Position numbers and translations under genes: made by a program. Shown here piece after piece: positions 28,274 to 38,951 of a DNA stretch of 64,000 nt. The first letter of the stretch is position 1, and every line of letters starts with the position of its first letter. The stretch is from an uncultured Acidobacteriota bacterium. Lineage in GTDB: Bacteria > Acidobacteriota > UBA6911 > RPQK01 > JAPXNP01. The notes under the pieces are model-generated. The model did no database searches. It was not told where the DNA came from and saw only the letters and a list, made by a program, of their open reading frames with translations. The stretch spans positions 352,001 to 416,000 of the forward strand of contig CAVZRV010000007.1 of the NCBI GenBank assembly GCA_963777605.1, given 5' to 3'.

Positions 28274-31200
28274 ATGGCTGTCAGCCTGAAGGAACTTCAG
28301 TCTTACATTGAACGGTTTTCCAGCGGAGACAACGCACGCCTCCTCCAGAATCTCGCGACGGTAATCTTCGAGGAAGCCGCTCCCGAATTCCTCGAACTCT
28401 TTTCAGAGGCCGATCTCCTGGCTGTGACTCTGGCGGCGCTCGAATTCATTGACGAGCGACGTCTGAAGAGCTACCAGATCCGTTGCTTCAATCCCACTCC
28501 GGAAACCCACGGATGGACGAGCGCCCACACCGCGATTGAGATCAGCGTGCCCGACCGTCCGTTCCTGGTTGACTCGGTCCGGCTGCAACTGAAGCGCAAA
28601 GGAATCGCTCTCCATCACCTGCTCCATCCAATCCTTAGCGTCGAGCGGGGTTCGGAGGGTGAGGTCAAAGAGATCTTCCAACGGCAGTCGGAAGCGTCCA
28701 TCGCCGAGTCCTATGAGCTCTACCTCATCGACCGCATCGACGACCCGGCAGGGCTTGAGGAACTGGAAGCGGACCTTTCGCGAATCCTGGGACTGGTAAC
28801 GGCGGTGACCGACGATTTCACGGCGATGCGTGGAAAGGCTCGGGAAATCGCCAATGCTCTTTCCAAGGCGATTGCCGATGCCGGTTCGCTTCGGTTCCCG
28901 GATTCGGCCTCTGCGATCGCCGAATACGCCGAGTTCATGCGGTGGATCGACGCCGAGAATTTCGTCTACCTTGGTTACCGCGAGTACGAGGTATACGAGG
29001 AAGGCGGCCGGGAGTTCGCCCGAATTCGGGGCAACTCCCGCCTCGGCATCCTCCGCGACGTTGATTCGAGCCGGTTCGCCCAACCGGTGGCTGTCGAGGC
29101 CCTTCCGGCCAAGATTCTCGACCAGATGGCCGGGGTCCCTCTCCTGCTCGTCGCCAAGGCGAATACGGAGTCGCCGATTCAGCGGAGCGGGATGATGGAC
29201 TACATTGGGCTCAAGGAGTTCGATGAGCAGGGGCGATTTGTCGGAGAAAGGCGCTTCCTTGGCCTCTTTGCGTCCCACGCCTACACAACGGCACCGACGG
29301 AGATCCCGATCCTCAGGGAGAAGCTACGGAAGGTTCTGGAACTGGATCGAGCGCGAGCTGCTTCTTACGACTACAAGCAGATCGTCAACATTTTCAATTC
29401 CATCCCCCTCGGGGAACTCTTCGGCCTGAGCGCCGTGAATCTGCACCGCGATATCCGGGACATTATGTCGATCGAAAAGGAGCGCGGCGTTCGTCTCCAG
29501 ATCAGACTCGATGCCATGCAGCGGGGCTACTCGGTCACGGTTATCATGCCGAAAGAGCGTTTCAATTCCCAGGTGAGATTGAAGATTCAATCACACCTGG
29601 AGGCCAGGCTGGGCGCTACGTACTCGAATTATCGGCTGGCAATGGTGGGGACAGACGAAGAACGAGTCCGGTTTCATTTCTTCTTTTCTTCCGCGATGAC
29701 CATGGATGAAATCAGCTTCGGCGAACTCGAGCGCGAAGTAGCGGAACTGACCAGTACCTGGGATGACCGACTGGGAGAGGCTCTGGAGGAGAAATTCGGC
29801 GACTCGGGCCGAAACCTGGCCCGGAAGTATTCCCGAGTGTTTCCCGACGGCTACAAGGCCGAGGTGCCGATCGAGAACGCCGTCCGGGATGTCCCCAACC
29901 TGGAGGCGCTGGGAAATCGAGATTTCCTGATCGACCTGATCAACCCGATAAAGACGCGCTACAAGGAGAAGACGACTCACCTGCGGATCTACCATCCAGG
30001 GACGCTGGTCCTCGCTGAGATCTTCCCGGTTCTCGAAAACCTGGGGCTCAAGATATTCGAGCAAATCTCCTATCAACTGGAACTCAGTCCAGGACGACTG
30101 GCCTCGGTCGATATCTTCCGCGTACAGGACAGCGATGCTTCTCCGATCCATATCGAGAACGACGGGTCACGTCTCAGAGAAGCACTGGTCTCTATTCTCA
30201 CCAACTCCGCCCGCAGTGACCGGTTGAACCGCCTCGTCCTGTCGGCGGGGCTCTCGATCCGAGAGGTCGCCCTCCTCAGTACCTGCCGCGGACATCTCTT
30301 TCAACTGGTTCCGTCTGCCAGTCTGACATTCATTACTGAGACTTTCCTCAACTACCCCGAATGCTGCCAGAAAGTGCTCCGCTTCTTTGAATGCAAGTTT
30401 GATCCGTCACTCGAAGGCGATCGCCAGGCTCTGGCTGCCGCCGCCCACCGGGAAGCAATGGAAAGTCTCAACAGCGTATCTACCCTTCCCGAAGACACGA
30501 CTCTCCGATGTCTGATTGACCTGGTTCACTCGACCCTGCGGACGAACTACTTCCTCAACAAGACTCACATCAGCATCAAGGTCGAGTCAAACCGTCTGAC
30601 CTGGATTGTAGAACCCAAACCCCTCTACGAGATCTTTGTCTGGGGTCCCAACCTGGAAGCGGTCCACCTGAGGGGAGGTGCAATCGCACGAGGGGGCCTG
30701 CGCTGGAGTGATCGCCCTGACGATTTCAGGACGGAAGTGCTGGGTCTGATGAAGACGCAGATGAGCAAGAACGCCCTTATCGTCCCCGAAGGCTCCAAGG
30801 GAGGGTTCGTACTGAAGAACGCCCCGGTGGAACGCAATCGACTGATCGAGTACGTGAAGACGCAGTACCGGACGTTTATTCGTGGTCTCCTCGACGTCAC
30901 CGACAACATCATTGACTCGAAGCCGGTCCACCCCGGAGATCTGATTGTCTATGACGGCTACGATCCCTATCTCGTGGTCGCCGCGGACAAGGGCACGGCA
31001 ACTTTCAGTGATTTGGCCAACTCGATCAGCCGGGAATACGGTTTCTGGCTCGGTGACGCGTTCGCTTCCGGCGGCTCCAACGGTTACGATCACAAGAAGG
31101 AGGGGATCACCGCCAAGGGCGCTTGGGAGTGCGTGCAGCGACACTTTCGAGAACTGGGCATGGATCCTCACAGGGAAGAGTTCACCGTCGCCGGCATTGG

Positions 31201-33100
31201 TGACATGTCGGGGGACGTTTTTGGGAACGGGTTGATCTTCTCGGACAAGATCCGACTCGTCGCCGCCTTCAACCATACCCACATCTTTCTCGACCCCTCT
31301 CCCGACGCGCCTGCAAGCTTCCAGGAGAGGTTGCGGCTTTTTGCCGACCCCTCCTTGTCCTGGGAGGATTACGACCCGTCCCTGATCAGTTCGGGCGGCG
31401 GAGTCTTTCTCCGTAAATCCAAGGCTATCGATCTGTCCACGGAAGCTCGGGAACTCCTGGGACTGGACGAAGAGTCGGTCAGTGGCCAGGAGATCGTCCG
31501 CCGCATTCTCCAGCTGCCGGTTGACCTGCTCTGGAACGGAGGCATCGGCACCTATGTCAAAGCGACCACGGAGAATCATTCCGACGCGGGGGATCTCAAT
31601 AACAACGGCGTTCGAATCGACGCTCCGCAACTCAGGGCCCGTGTCGTAGGAGAAGGAGGCAATCTCGGCTTTACACAGCTCGCCCGGATCGAGTACTCGC
31701 TAAACGGAGGGCGGATGAACACCGACGCAATCGACAATTCGGGCGGCGTCGACATGAGTGATCACGAGGTCAATCTCAAGATCCTGCTCAGCCCGGCTGT
31801 CCGATCCGGCAGGATCTCCGCAGACGATCGCAATCAGCTACTGGTCCGGATGACCGATGAAGTCAGCAGTTTGGTCCTCGCCAACAACTACTCCCAAGCC
31901 CTCTGCCTGTCTCAGGCCGAGCACCTCGGAGTCGAAGGCATCGACACTCTGGAATCGCTCCAGAACCAGCTTTCCTCCCACAGCCGTCTGAAGCCGAATG
32001 TTGAGTTTCTACCTAGCTCCCGGTCTCTCGAACAGCGACGTCGCAACGGCCAGGGATACTCCAGGCCGGAACTGGCGATCCTGCTTGCGTACGCAAAAAT
32101 GGACCTCAAGAGGTCGCTCCTGGCAAGCACTCTGCTGGCCGCCGAAGTCCTGGAACGTCACCTTTTCGAATACTTCCCCCACCTGGTGAGAGGCGAGTTT
32201 CCCGAGGAAGTCCGTAGTCACCAGCTCAAACGGGAGATCGTTGCGACTCGTCTAACCAACCTGCTCATCGATCGCTTGGGGATTGCCTTCATTCATGGCA
32301 TCGCGGAGGACACTCAGGGACAGCCGGACGAAACCCTGAGTGCGGTACTGGCCACGCACGAAATCCTGCAACTGGACAAGTTGTTCGATCGTCTTTTCGC
32401 CCTGGACAAGTCGGTTGCGGCCACCGCCCAGTACCGCTCGATGGCCTGTCTCAACTCAGCAGCCAAAGGGATTGTCCACTGGCTCATCCTCAGTGGTGCA
32501 AGGGAAGAAAGTCTGGAGTCTCTGGTGTCCAAGTACCGCGAGCCGATGCGCGAACTGCGCGCCCGGCTCGACCAGTTCCTCCCCCCGTCCAGTGAACGCA
32601 AGCGCTTCCTCAGCCGCAAAAAAGAATCTCTTGACGCCGGGTACCCGGAGGATCTCGCAACCGACATTGCCGCATCCGGTTACTGGGCCAGTTGCATGGG
32701 GGTTGCGGACATCAACGTGCGCACGTCGGTCGAGCTCGACCGGGCGGCAAAACGCTTCTATGCCATTGGAGACCTCTTTTCACTCGGATGGATTCGGGAT
32801 GAGTTGAGCAATTTCCGGGCAAACTCAAGATGGGAAGCGGTAGCTCTGAACGGAATAATCGCCGACTTGCGCCATCTCCAGCGACAACTCACGGTGATCT
32901 CATTCGCAGCAGGAAAGGATCGCGACTGGAAAACCGGCCTGCTCGACGCGCAGCCTGTCCTTATCAATCGGATCAACGCGACAATCGGCCGCTTCCGGGA
33001 ACAAAATACCGTCGATTTGTCGGCGGGCAGCGTATTCGCCCGGCTGATGCTGCAACTAATCCGGAGACTCGAGTTGGAGCACTCGCCAGTGTCGAACTGA
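28274..33100 (+). CDS. gdhB: Large NAD-specific glutamate dehydrogenase (~180 kDa type)
   Basis: ARGGLRWSDR.DDFRTEVLGLMK.Q, YLVVAADKGTATFSD, GIGDMSGDVFGNG and GEGGNLG. Confidence 0.95.
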   Translation: MAVSLKELQSYIERFSSGDNARLLQNLATVIFEEAAPEFLELFSEADLLAVTLAALEFIDERRLKSYQIRCFNPTPETHGWTSAHTAIEISVPDRPFLVDSVRLQLKRKGIALHHLLHPILSVERGSEGEVKEIFQRQSEASIAESYELYLIDRIDDPAGLEELEADLSRILGLVTAVTDDFTAMRGKAREIANALSKAIADAGSLRFPDSASAIAEYAEFMRWIDAENFVYLGYREYEVYEEGGREFARIRGNSRLGILRDVDSSRFAQPVAVEALPAKILDQMAGVPLLLVAKANTESPIQRSGMMDYIGLKEFDEQGRFVGERRFLGLFASHAYTTAPTEIPILREKLRKVLELDRARAASYDYKQIVNIFNSIPLGELFGLSAVNLHRDIRDIMSIEKERGVRLQIRLDAMQRGYSVTVIMPKERFNSQVRLKIQSHLEARLGATYSNYRLAMVGTDEERVRFHFFFSSAMTMDEISFGELEREVAELTSTWDDRLGEALEEKFGDSGRNLARKYSRVFPDGYKAEVPIENAVRDVPNLEALGNRDFLIDLINPIKTRYKEKTTHLRIYHPGTLVLAEIFPVLENLGLKIFEQISYQLELSPGRLASVDIFRVQDSDASPIHIENDGSRLREALVSILTNSARSDRLNRLVLSAGLSIREVALLSTCRGHLFQLVPSASLTFITETFLNYPECCQKVLRFFECKFDPSLEGDRQALAAAAHREAMESLNSVSTLPEDTTLRCLIDLVHSTLRTNYFLNKTHISIKVESNRLTWIVEPKPLYEIFVWGPNLEAVHLRGGAIARGGLRWSDRPDDFRTEVLGLMKTQMSKNALIVPEGSKGGFVLKNAPVERNRLIEYVKTQYRTFIRGLLDVTDNIIDSKPVHPGDLIVYDGYDPYLVVAADKGTATFSDLANSISREYGFWLGDAFASGGSNGYDHKKEGITAKGAWECVQRHFRELGMDPHREEFTVAGIGDMSGDVFGNGLIFSDKIRLVAAFNHTHIFLDPSPDAPASFQERLRLFADPSLSWEDYDPSLISSGGGVFLRKSKAIDLSTEARELLGLDEESVSGQEIVRRILQLPVDLLWNGGIGTYVKATTENHSDAGDLNNNGVRIDAPQLRARVVGEGGNLGFTQLARIEYSLNGGRMNTDAIDNSGGVDMSDHEVNLKILLSPAVRSGRISADDRNQLLVRMTDEVSSLVLANNYSQALCLSQAEHLGVEGIDTLESLQNQLSSHSRLKPNVEFLPSSRSLEQRRRNGQGYSRPELAILLAYAKMDLKRSLLASTLLAAEVLERHLFEYFPHLVRGEFPEEVRSHQLKREIVATRLTNLLIDRLGIAFIHGIAEDTQGQPDETLSAVLATHEILQLDKLFDRLFALDKSVAATAQYRSMACLNSAAKGIVHWLILSGAREESLESLVSKYREPMRELRARLDQFLPPSSERKRFLSRKKESLDAGYPEDLATDIAASGYWASCMGVADINVRTSVELDRAAKRFYAIGDLFSLGWIRDELSNFRANSRWEAVALNGIIADLRHLQRQLTVISFAAGKDRDWKTGLLDAQPVLINRINATIGRFREQNTVDLSAGSVFARLMLQLIRRLELEHSPVSN

Positions 33101-33182
33101 TCAGAGCCGGGTCCCTACCCAGTGGAGTCAGAAAAACCTGACCAACCGCAGGCAGCAAACACGGGCGCCCTTCAGAAAGGCT

Positions 33183-35246
33183 CTACTTCAACCATTTGGC
33201 AAGCCAGGCCAGCACCTCGTCGTGCCATTGGATGCTGTTCGCGGGCTTCAGCACCCAGTGATTCTCGTCGGGAAAGTAGAGAAATCGACTTGGGATCCCC
33301 TGGCGCTGGAGGGCAGTGAAGGCACCCAGTCCCTGCCCCAACGGTACCCGATAGTCTCTTCCCCCCTGAATGACGAGCATTGGGGTCTTCCAGGACGAGA
33401 CGTGAAGGGCCGGGTTGAACTCCTCATGGCCCTGCGGGTTGTCCCAGTAGGTTCCTCCCTGCTCCCACTCGGGAAACCAGAGTTCCTCGGAAGTGAAGTA
33501 CATCGACCTCATGTCGAACACGCCGTCGTGGTTGACGAGGCATCGGAAGCGATCATTCCACATCCCGGCGATCCAGTTGATCATGTATCCCCCGTAGGAC
33601 GCGCCGAGAGCCCCGACCCGGTCCCCGTCCATCCAGGGGTACTTCTCCAGCGTGGCGGCCAAACCCTTCTGAAGGTCGAAGAGTGGCTTGCCTCCCCAGT
33701 CCCGGCTGATTGAATCGGTGAATGCCTGGCCGTATCCGGTTGAACCGTGGAAGTCGACCATCACGGCCGCGTACCCCGCTCCACTGTATGCCTGTGGATT
33801 CCAGCGGTAGTGAAAATGGTTCCCGAATGAACCCTGCGGTCCGCCATGGATCAGAAATGCTACCGGGTACTTCTGATTCGGATCGAAATCGACCGGCTTG
33901 ACGATGTAAACGTAGACCGGCTCACCGTTCCACCCCTTGAAACTGAACTGCTCCGGTTCTCCCATCCGGACCTTGGCCAGCTTCTCACCGTTGATATCTG
34001 TGATCTGGTAAAGATCGGTCCCGTCCAGCCGGACGGAGAAAAGCTCGACCGGCGACCTGAGATTATCCAGAGCAAAGAAAACCCGCCCGGAATGAACTAC
34101 CGGTGATCCGACTGTCCCCTGCTCTTGCAGCACCTGGACCGCCGCGGTGGCCACGTCGATCGAGAACAGGGAACTCTGTCCCAGGTTGTCCGCAGTGACG
34201 ATGAGCTTGGTCCCATCGGAACTCCAGGCCAGGGAACCTGGAGAACGGTCCCACTCCGGCGCCACTTCCCGTTCGGTACCGTCTATTAGAGATCGCAACA
34301 TGACCCGGAATCGGTCAGCCTCGAAACCAGGTCGTGACATCGCCAGGTATGCCAACCATTGCCCGTCGGGAGAAAATGCCGGAGTCGTGTCCCACGCCTT
34401 GTTTACCGCGGTGAGCGATTCCGGCGCCGCGCCGCCGCCAATGGGAACCGAAAAGATGTCAAAGTTGGTCGACCAGGCTTCCCTTCTCCCCACGTCCTTT
34501 GCCGTGAAGAGGACACGCGCACTATCCGGGCTGATCGCGACCTCTTCCATTCCCCCGAACGGCTTCGACGGGCAGTCGGCATCCATTCCGGGCATCAGAT
34601 CGCCCAGGTTCTCACCGTCGAGAGACAAGGAGAACAGGTGTGAACGGCGGCCATCCTCCCAGGTATCCCAGTGGCGCACAAAGAGTTGATCGTAGGCCTG
34701 CCCGGACGCCTTCTCCTCCTCCAGCTTCTTCAGGCGTTCCGTCGTGCAATCAAGGGACTTACAGGCAGGGAACACTTCCATCGAAACGATCAAATGGCGG
34801 CCGTCAGGGGATACGATCAGGTTCTCCACGCCGAGCGGAAGGTGGCTTACCTGCTGTGCCTCACCCCCCTTGAGATCGATCTTCCAGACCTGCATGGATC
34901 CCGATCGACTGGACAGAAACCAGATCAGATCTCCACTGGGATCCCACCGTGGGCTCGCATCCGTAGCGTCGCTGGTGGTCAATCGTCTGAGATTCTTCCC
35001 GTCGGCTCCCACGATCCACAGATCGGTAGTGCCCCGGTTATGGTCCAGATCAGTCTTCCGGAGAACGAACACAATCGTTGCCCCGTCCGGCGAGACCTCG
35101 TGGTCACTGATCCGATCCATCGCCAGCATGTCGTGAACCGTGAACGGATGCGTGTCTTGAGCGGCTACGTTCGTTACCAAAAGCATCCAGAAAACCCCGA
35201 CTCCCATGAATTTGAAGGTCCGAATCAAACCGGGCCGATTAACCAT
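33183..35246 (-). CDS. Secreted S9 family dipeptidyl/acylaminoacyl peptidase
   Basis: PD40-like propeller, IHGGPQG, GASYGG, D.RVP and DENHW triad; RBS GAGGAGG. Confidence 0.95.
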   Translation of the reverse strand: MVNRPGLIRTFKFMGVGVFWMLLVTNVAAQDTHPFTVHDMLAMDRISDHEVSPDGATIVFVLRKTDLDHNRGTTDLWIVGADGKNLRRLTTSDATDASPRWDPSGDLIWFLSSRSGSMQVWKIDLKGGEAQQVSHLPLGVENLIVSPDGRHLIVSMEVFPACKSLDCTTERLKKLEEEKASGQAYDQLFVRHWDTWEDGRRSHLFSLSLDGENLGDLMPGMDADCPSKPFGGMEEVAISPDSARVLFTAKDVGRREAWSTNFDIFSVPIGGGAAPESLTAVNKAWDTTPAFSPDGQWLAYLAMSRPGFEADRFRVMLRSLIDGTEREVAPEWDRSPGSLAWSSDGTKLIVTADNLGQSSLFSIDVATAAVQVLQEQGTVGSPVVHSGRVFFALDNLRSPVELFSVRLDGTDLYQITDINGEKLAKVRMGEPEQFSFKGWNGEPVYVYIVKPVDFDPNQKYPVAFLIHGGPQGSFGNHFHYRWNPQAYSGAGYAAVMVDFHGSTGYGQAFTDSISRDWGGKPLFDLQKGLAATLEKYPWMDGDRVGALGASYGGYMINWIAGMWNDRFRCLVNHDGVFDMRSMYFTSEELWFPEWEQGGTYWDNPQGHEEFNPALHVSSWKTPMLVIQGGRDYRVPLGQGLGAFTALQRQGIPSRFLYFPDENHWVLKPANSIQWHDEVLAWLAKWLK

Positions 35247-35404
35247 TGCAACCTCCTCACATATCGGTGGCAAAGAGCGCTATGAGATTTCTCAAAAGGC
35301 AGGAGTGAAGTCAAGTCCACCCGGGTGTTGGAGCACCGAGTGGGGTTGGAACACAGTGGAAGAGGGGGCGCGATCGCTGAACCCGTGGAAGCATCCATCT
35401 TCGA

Positions 35405-36187
35405 TTAGGGAAGAAGGAAGCAAGGAGCCATTCCCGTCCGGGTCTCCTCCCATTCTTCAGCCGCCGGATTGGCGTCACCTTCAGCGACAGCAGTCGCTTG
35501 AGTTGCGGGCGGGAAGACAGCTTCGAGAGGCTCGACGAACCATTTGAGATTCGGGAGGGCCAGTTCATTGCGGTCGGGGACTATCCGTTCCACGAATACT
35601 CTGCCTTCTTTCGGAGTGACAGGAGTCGGGCTGTCAACCCAGCCTTTGCCGGATGGGTGCCGACGCAGTACTCTCCTCAGATCCAGGTAGGGCCAACTCG
35701 AGGGATACGTGAGATTTAACCGGAGCAACCAGTCGAGCCTTCTCTTGTCTTTAATCCGGAGCAACTGGGACCACTGGACCGTAGTTCGGGCTTTGAACGC
35801 CTGGATCCGGTCGGCACCAAGCAGGGCCCCGTATAGAATTGCCCCGAATCCGCCCATGGAATTGCCGAAACAAACGATCCGTTCAGCCGATGCTCTCGCA
35901 GCCAACACCTTGAGATTGGCGACCGATTTTCGGACGGTGTCGCCAAGTCCGGGAATCCCGGCGAGGTAGAACTTCTTCAGGGGATCTTTCAGCATGATAC
36001 GGTTGACCCGCAGATCACTCGTGATGCGGTTGGACTCAAACTCGCGCATCCCCAACTGACCGGCAACTCCACCAAAGCAAAGCAAGAGGGTCCTGCTGTC
36101 ATCGTTGGGGATGAACCGATACGCTGGTTCGTCGGTCAGCACTTTCGCTTTACCTGACATTTCCCCACCAAGAGCCGTATTCACCAC
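35405..36187 (-). CDS. Alpha/beta-hydrolase-like protein, apparently truncated or chimeric at the C-terminus
   Basis: LLLCFGG and the nucleophile elbow GNSMGGFGAILYG; no recognisable Asp/His half after YLDLRRVL. Confidence 0.65.
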   Translation of the reverse strand: MVNTALGGEMSGKAKVLTDEPAYRFIPNDDSRTLLLCFGGVAGQLGMREFESNRITSDLRVNRIMLKDPLKKFYLAGIPGLGDTVRKSVANLKVLAARASAERIVCFGNSMGGFGAILYGALLGADRIQAFKARTTVQWSQLLRIKDKRRLDWLLRLNLTYPSSWPYLDLRRVLRRHPSGKGWVDSPTPVTPKEGRVFVERIVPDRNELALPNLKWFVEPLEAVFPPATQATAVAEGDANPAAEEWEETRTGMAPCFLLP

Positions 36188-36268
36188 TCCTTAAACCGCC
36201 GCCCGCCCGTTCCGCCCTGGATTGGCCTGCAGCCATGCTGTCTTTCAACTACCCTGACTCTCGGGGAA

Positions 36269-37627
36269 TCAGCTTTCCAACAATCGTGCGGCGGTGTCGT
36301 CGTCCTTCAGGTAACGCACCCCCGGTTCCCGCAGCAGTGACTGAAACTCTTCGGAAGCGAGATCGGACCGAATCGCCACCTCGAGAGGATCCCCGTAGAA
36401 CAACTTCCGGTTGAGAGTGTCGAGCAGCGAGTTGATCCGCAGATAGTGGTTCGCCTTCGGCGCTTCCAGGACGACCGTCAATCGGTTTCCACTCACCGTG
36501 ATCGCCATGACCTCCGGAATGGGGGAAATCCTGTTCACAAAACGTTGAACCATGCGCGCCCGGCGGTTTCGTATGTAGCGATAAACCGGAAGGCCTATAA
36601 GACCCAACAAGACCAGGCTCCCGACCTCGACCTTGTTGATGATGAGGTACGTCACCAGGCCGAGCACCGCGACGATGACAACCGCCCCGGTCACTCCGAG
36701 GGGCAGGGAGTACTGCACCCATTCTTTCAGGCGATCGACGCGTTCCCTTAACGTCACCGGACGCTGGGACCCGGTCTCAAGAACATCCTTGAGTTCCTTG
36801 AGGTCGCTCAGGAGAACTTCAGCAGACTGATAACGGTCTTCAGGGCGTTTTCTCAGGCAACGTGAGACAATTCTTTGGAGATCAGGAGGTACATCCCTGC
36901 GGACCACCGTGACCGGGCGAACCTCCTCGAAGGCGATCGCGTGCATCGTATCCAGCGCGCTCTGCCCGCGAAAGGGCAACTCCCCGATCACCATTTCATA
37001 GAGAAGCACTCCGAGCGAAAAGAGGTCGGTTCGGTGATCAATCTCTTTGGCCCGGGCCTGTTCCGGACTCATGTAGGCCACTGTCCCGAGAACCGTCCCA
37101 ATCTGGGTCGCAGCCACTGTCTCGATCGACGATGCGGAACCCAGGGAGGCGCCGGCGTCCATCAACTTGGCCAAACCGAAGTCCAGGATCTTGACTCGCC
37201 CTTCCGGCGTCACCATGATGTTGTCCGACTTGATGTCCCGGTGGACGATGTTCCTGGCATGCGCCTGAGCCAGCCCGTCGGCTACCTGGATCGCGATTTC
37301 CACCGCCCCGAGGAGATCGATCTCACGGTTCGCAATCAGCCTGCGCACAGTCTGCCCCTCGACGTATTCGAGCGCCATGTAGAGCATGCCGTCGACTTCG
37401 TCCACCTCGTAAACCTGGGCGACCGCGGGATGGCTGATTTGAGAGGCTGATCGGGCCTCCCTGAGAAACCGCTTCTTCAAATCGGGATTCTCGGCGATTT
37501 CCTCTTTGAGCACTTTGAGAGCTACGGGGCGGGACAGTCGGGTATCGATCGCTTTGTAGACGACACCCATTCCCCCCTTCCCGAGGAGTTCAACCACTTC
37601 ATAGTGCTTGACCTTCTGCCCAATCAT
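36269..37627 (-). CDS. Hanks-type Ser/Thr protein kinase with two TM helices
   Basis: LGKGGMGVVY, VALK, HRDIKSDN, DFGLAK and GTVAYMSPEQ. Confidence 0.96.
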   Translation of the reverse strand: MIGQKVKHYEVVELLGKGGMGVVYKAIDTRLSRPVALKVLKEEIAENPDLKKRFLREARSASQISHPAVAQVYEVDEVDGMLYMALEYVEGQTVRRLIANREIDLLGAVEIAIQVADGLAQAHARNIVHRDIKSDNIMVTPEGRVKILDFGLAKLMDAGASLGSASSIETVAATQIGTVLGTVAYMSPEQARAKEIDHRTDLFSLGVLLYEMVIGELPFRGQSALDTMHAIAFEEVRPVTVVRRDVPPDLQRIVSRCLRKRPEDRYQSAEVLLSDLKELKDVLETGSQRPVTLRERVDRLKEWVQYSLPLGVTGAVVIVAVLGLVTYLIINKVEVGSLVLLGLIGLPVYRYIRNRRARMVQRFVNRISPIPEVMAITVSGNRLTVVLEAPKANHYLRINSLLDTLNRKLFYGDPLEVAIRSDLASEEFQSLLREPGVRYLKDDDTAARLLES

Positions 37628-37702
37628 CGTGTGTTCCGTTATTACAACACCTTCACACGGACAAGAGAAAAGATGATGAATAAATTTCTGCTTGTCGCGT
37701 AG

Positions 37703-37732
37703 TGCTATCGAAGTGATATCATATCGGTATCA
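37703..37732 (+). promoter_or_regulatory. Candidate RHH operator: three TGATATCA-like octamers at 11-bp period
   Basis: TGCTATCG (37703), TGATATCA (37714) and CGGTATCA (37725), immediately upstream of the SPFH-RHH operon. Confidence 0.6.
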
Positions 37733-37759
37733 TCGAGTCGTTTCCGCCTAAGGAGGAGA

Positions 37760-38632
37760 GTGATGATTAAGGAAAGATCTGCACAGACAATGCCGGGACT
37801 GGTTCTGCTTCTGCTCCACGTTCTCGTGCTGGGGATGGTGATCTACTGGTTCGTGGTTTCCATCCAGCAAACAAGGCCGTTCTCCATCATCGTTGCTTCT
37901 ATTACTATGGCCGTAGTTCTGATCGGATTCGCCGGTTTCTTTATCGTCAATCCAAACGAAGCAAAGGTTCTCCAGCTTTTCGGAGCCTACCGGGGAAGTG
38001 AACTCTTGGACGGCCTGCGGTGGGCCAACCCCTTCTACAGCAAGAAGCGCGTGTCGGTGAGGGTTCGGAACTTCGAAACCGGCAAGCTCAAGGTTAACGA
38101 CAAGGCGGGTAACCCGATTGAGATTGGCTCCGTGGTGGTCTGGAAGGTGATTGACACGGCGGAAGCGGTCTTCGAGGTGGACGACTTTGAGAACTACGTG
38201 CACGTACAAAGCGAAGCGGCGCTGCGAAATCTCGCCACCGGCTATCCCTACGTCGCTCACGAAGACGAGGGAATTTCAATGGTCACCCACACGGCTGAGA
38301 TCTCCGACAAGCTCAAGGTCGAGATCCAGGAACGGCTTTCCCGGGCAGGCGTCGAAGTCCTTGAGGCCCGGATCAGCCACCTGGCCTACTCGCCGGAAAT
38401 CGCCGCTGCGATGCTCCAGCGGCAGCAGGCAAGCGCGGTGGTCGCCGCCCGGCAGAAAATTGTGGAAGGAGCGGTCGGAATGGTGGAAACAGCACTCGAA
38501 ATGCTCTCAGCGAAGAAGGTTATTGAACTCGACGAAGAGCGGAAAGCGGCCATGGTGAGTAACCTACTGGTGGTACTTTGCAGCGATCGTCATACCCAGC
38601 CGGTTGTGAACACCGGCACGCTTTACAACTGA
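37760..38632 (+). CDS. SPFH domain (band 7/stomatin-like) protein
   Basis: Two TMs, [25 protein letters not shown] and [18 protein letters not shown]. Confidence 0.95.
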   Translation: MMIKERSAQTMPGLVLLLLHVLVLGMVIYWFVVSIQQTRPFSIIVASITMAVVLIGFAGFFIVNPNEAKVLQLFGAYRGSELLDGLRWANPFYSKKRVSVRVRNFETGKLKVNDKAGNPIEIGSVVVWKVIDTAEAVFEVDDFENYVHVQSEAALRNLATGYPYVAHEDEGISMVTHTAEISDKLKVEIQERLSRAGVEVLEARISHLAYSPEIAAAMLQRQQASAVVAARQKIVEGAVGMVETALEMLSAKKVIELDEERKAAMVSNLLVVLCSDRHTQPVVNTGTLYN

Positions 38633-38634
38633 TC

Positions 38635-38847
38635 GTGTCCAAACGAAAGGCTTTCCTGCTCCGAATCGACCCGGCTCTTCTGGATGCACTCCAGGACTGG
38701 GCCCAGGACGAGTTTCGGAGTCTCAATGGACAGCTCGAGTTCCTGTTGCGTCGGGAACTGAAAGAAGCGGGTCGGCTCCCCCGGAAGGGTCGGCCCGATC
38801 GATCTCGAACGCCAGGAAACACGCCTGCTTCCGAAAACGAAACCTGA
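38635..38847 (+). CDS. Arc/ribbon-helix-helix DNA-binding protein
   Basis: GTG 38635 gives MSKRKAFLLRIDPALLDALQDWAQDEFRSLNGQLEFLLR. Confidence 0.88.
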   Translation: MSKRKAFLLRIDPALLDALQDWAQDEFRSLNGQLEFLLRRELKEAGRLPRKGRPDRSRTPGNTPASENET

Positions 38848-38951
38848 GCCCGGATCCAACGCGATTTCCTCATCACAGCCTCCCTTGACAGGTGAATACG
38901 CCCCCAAAAACCGCTAGAATCATTTCACTTAGACAAAGAGTGGGAGGCTCG

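Noticed and set aside
38885-38920. TTGACA...TAGAAT promoter upstream of the FHA phosphatase
   Set aside because: Spacer of about 24 nt is too long for a sigma70 pair
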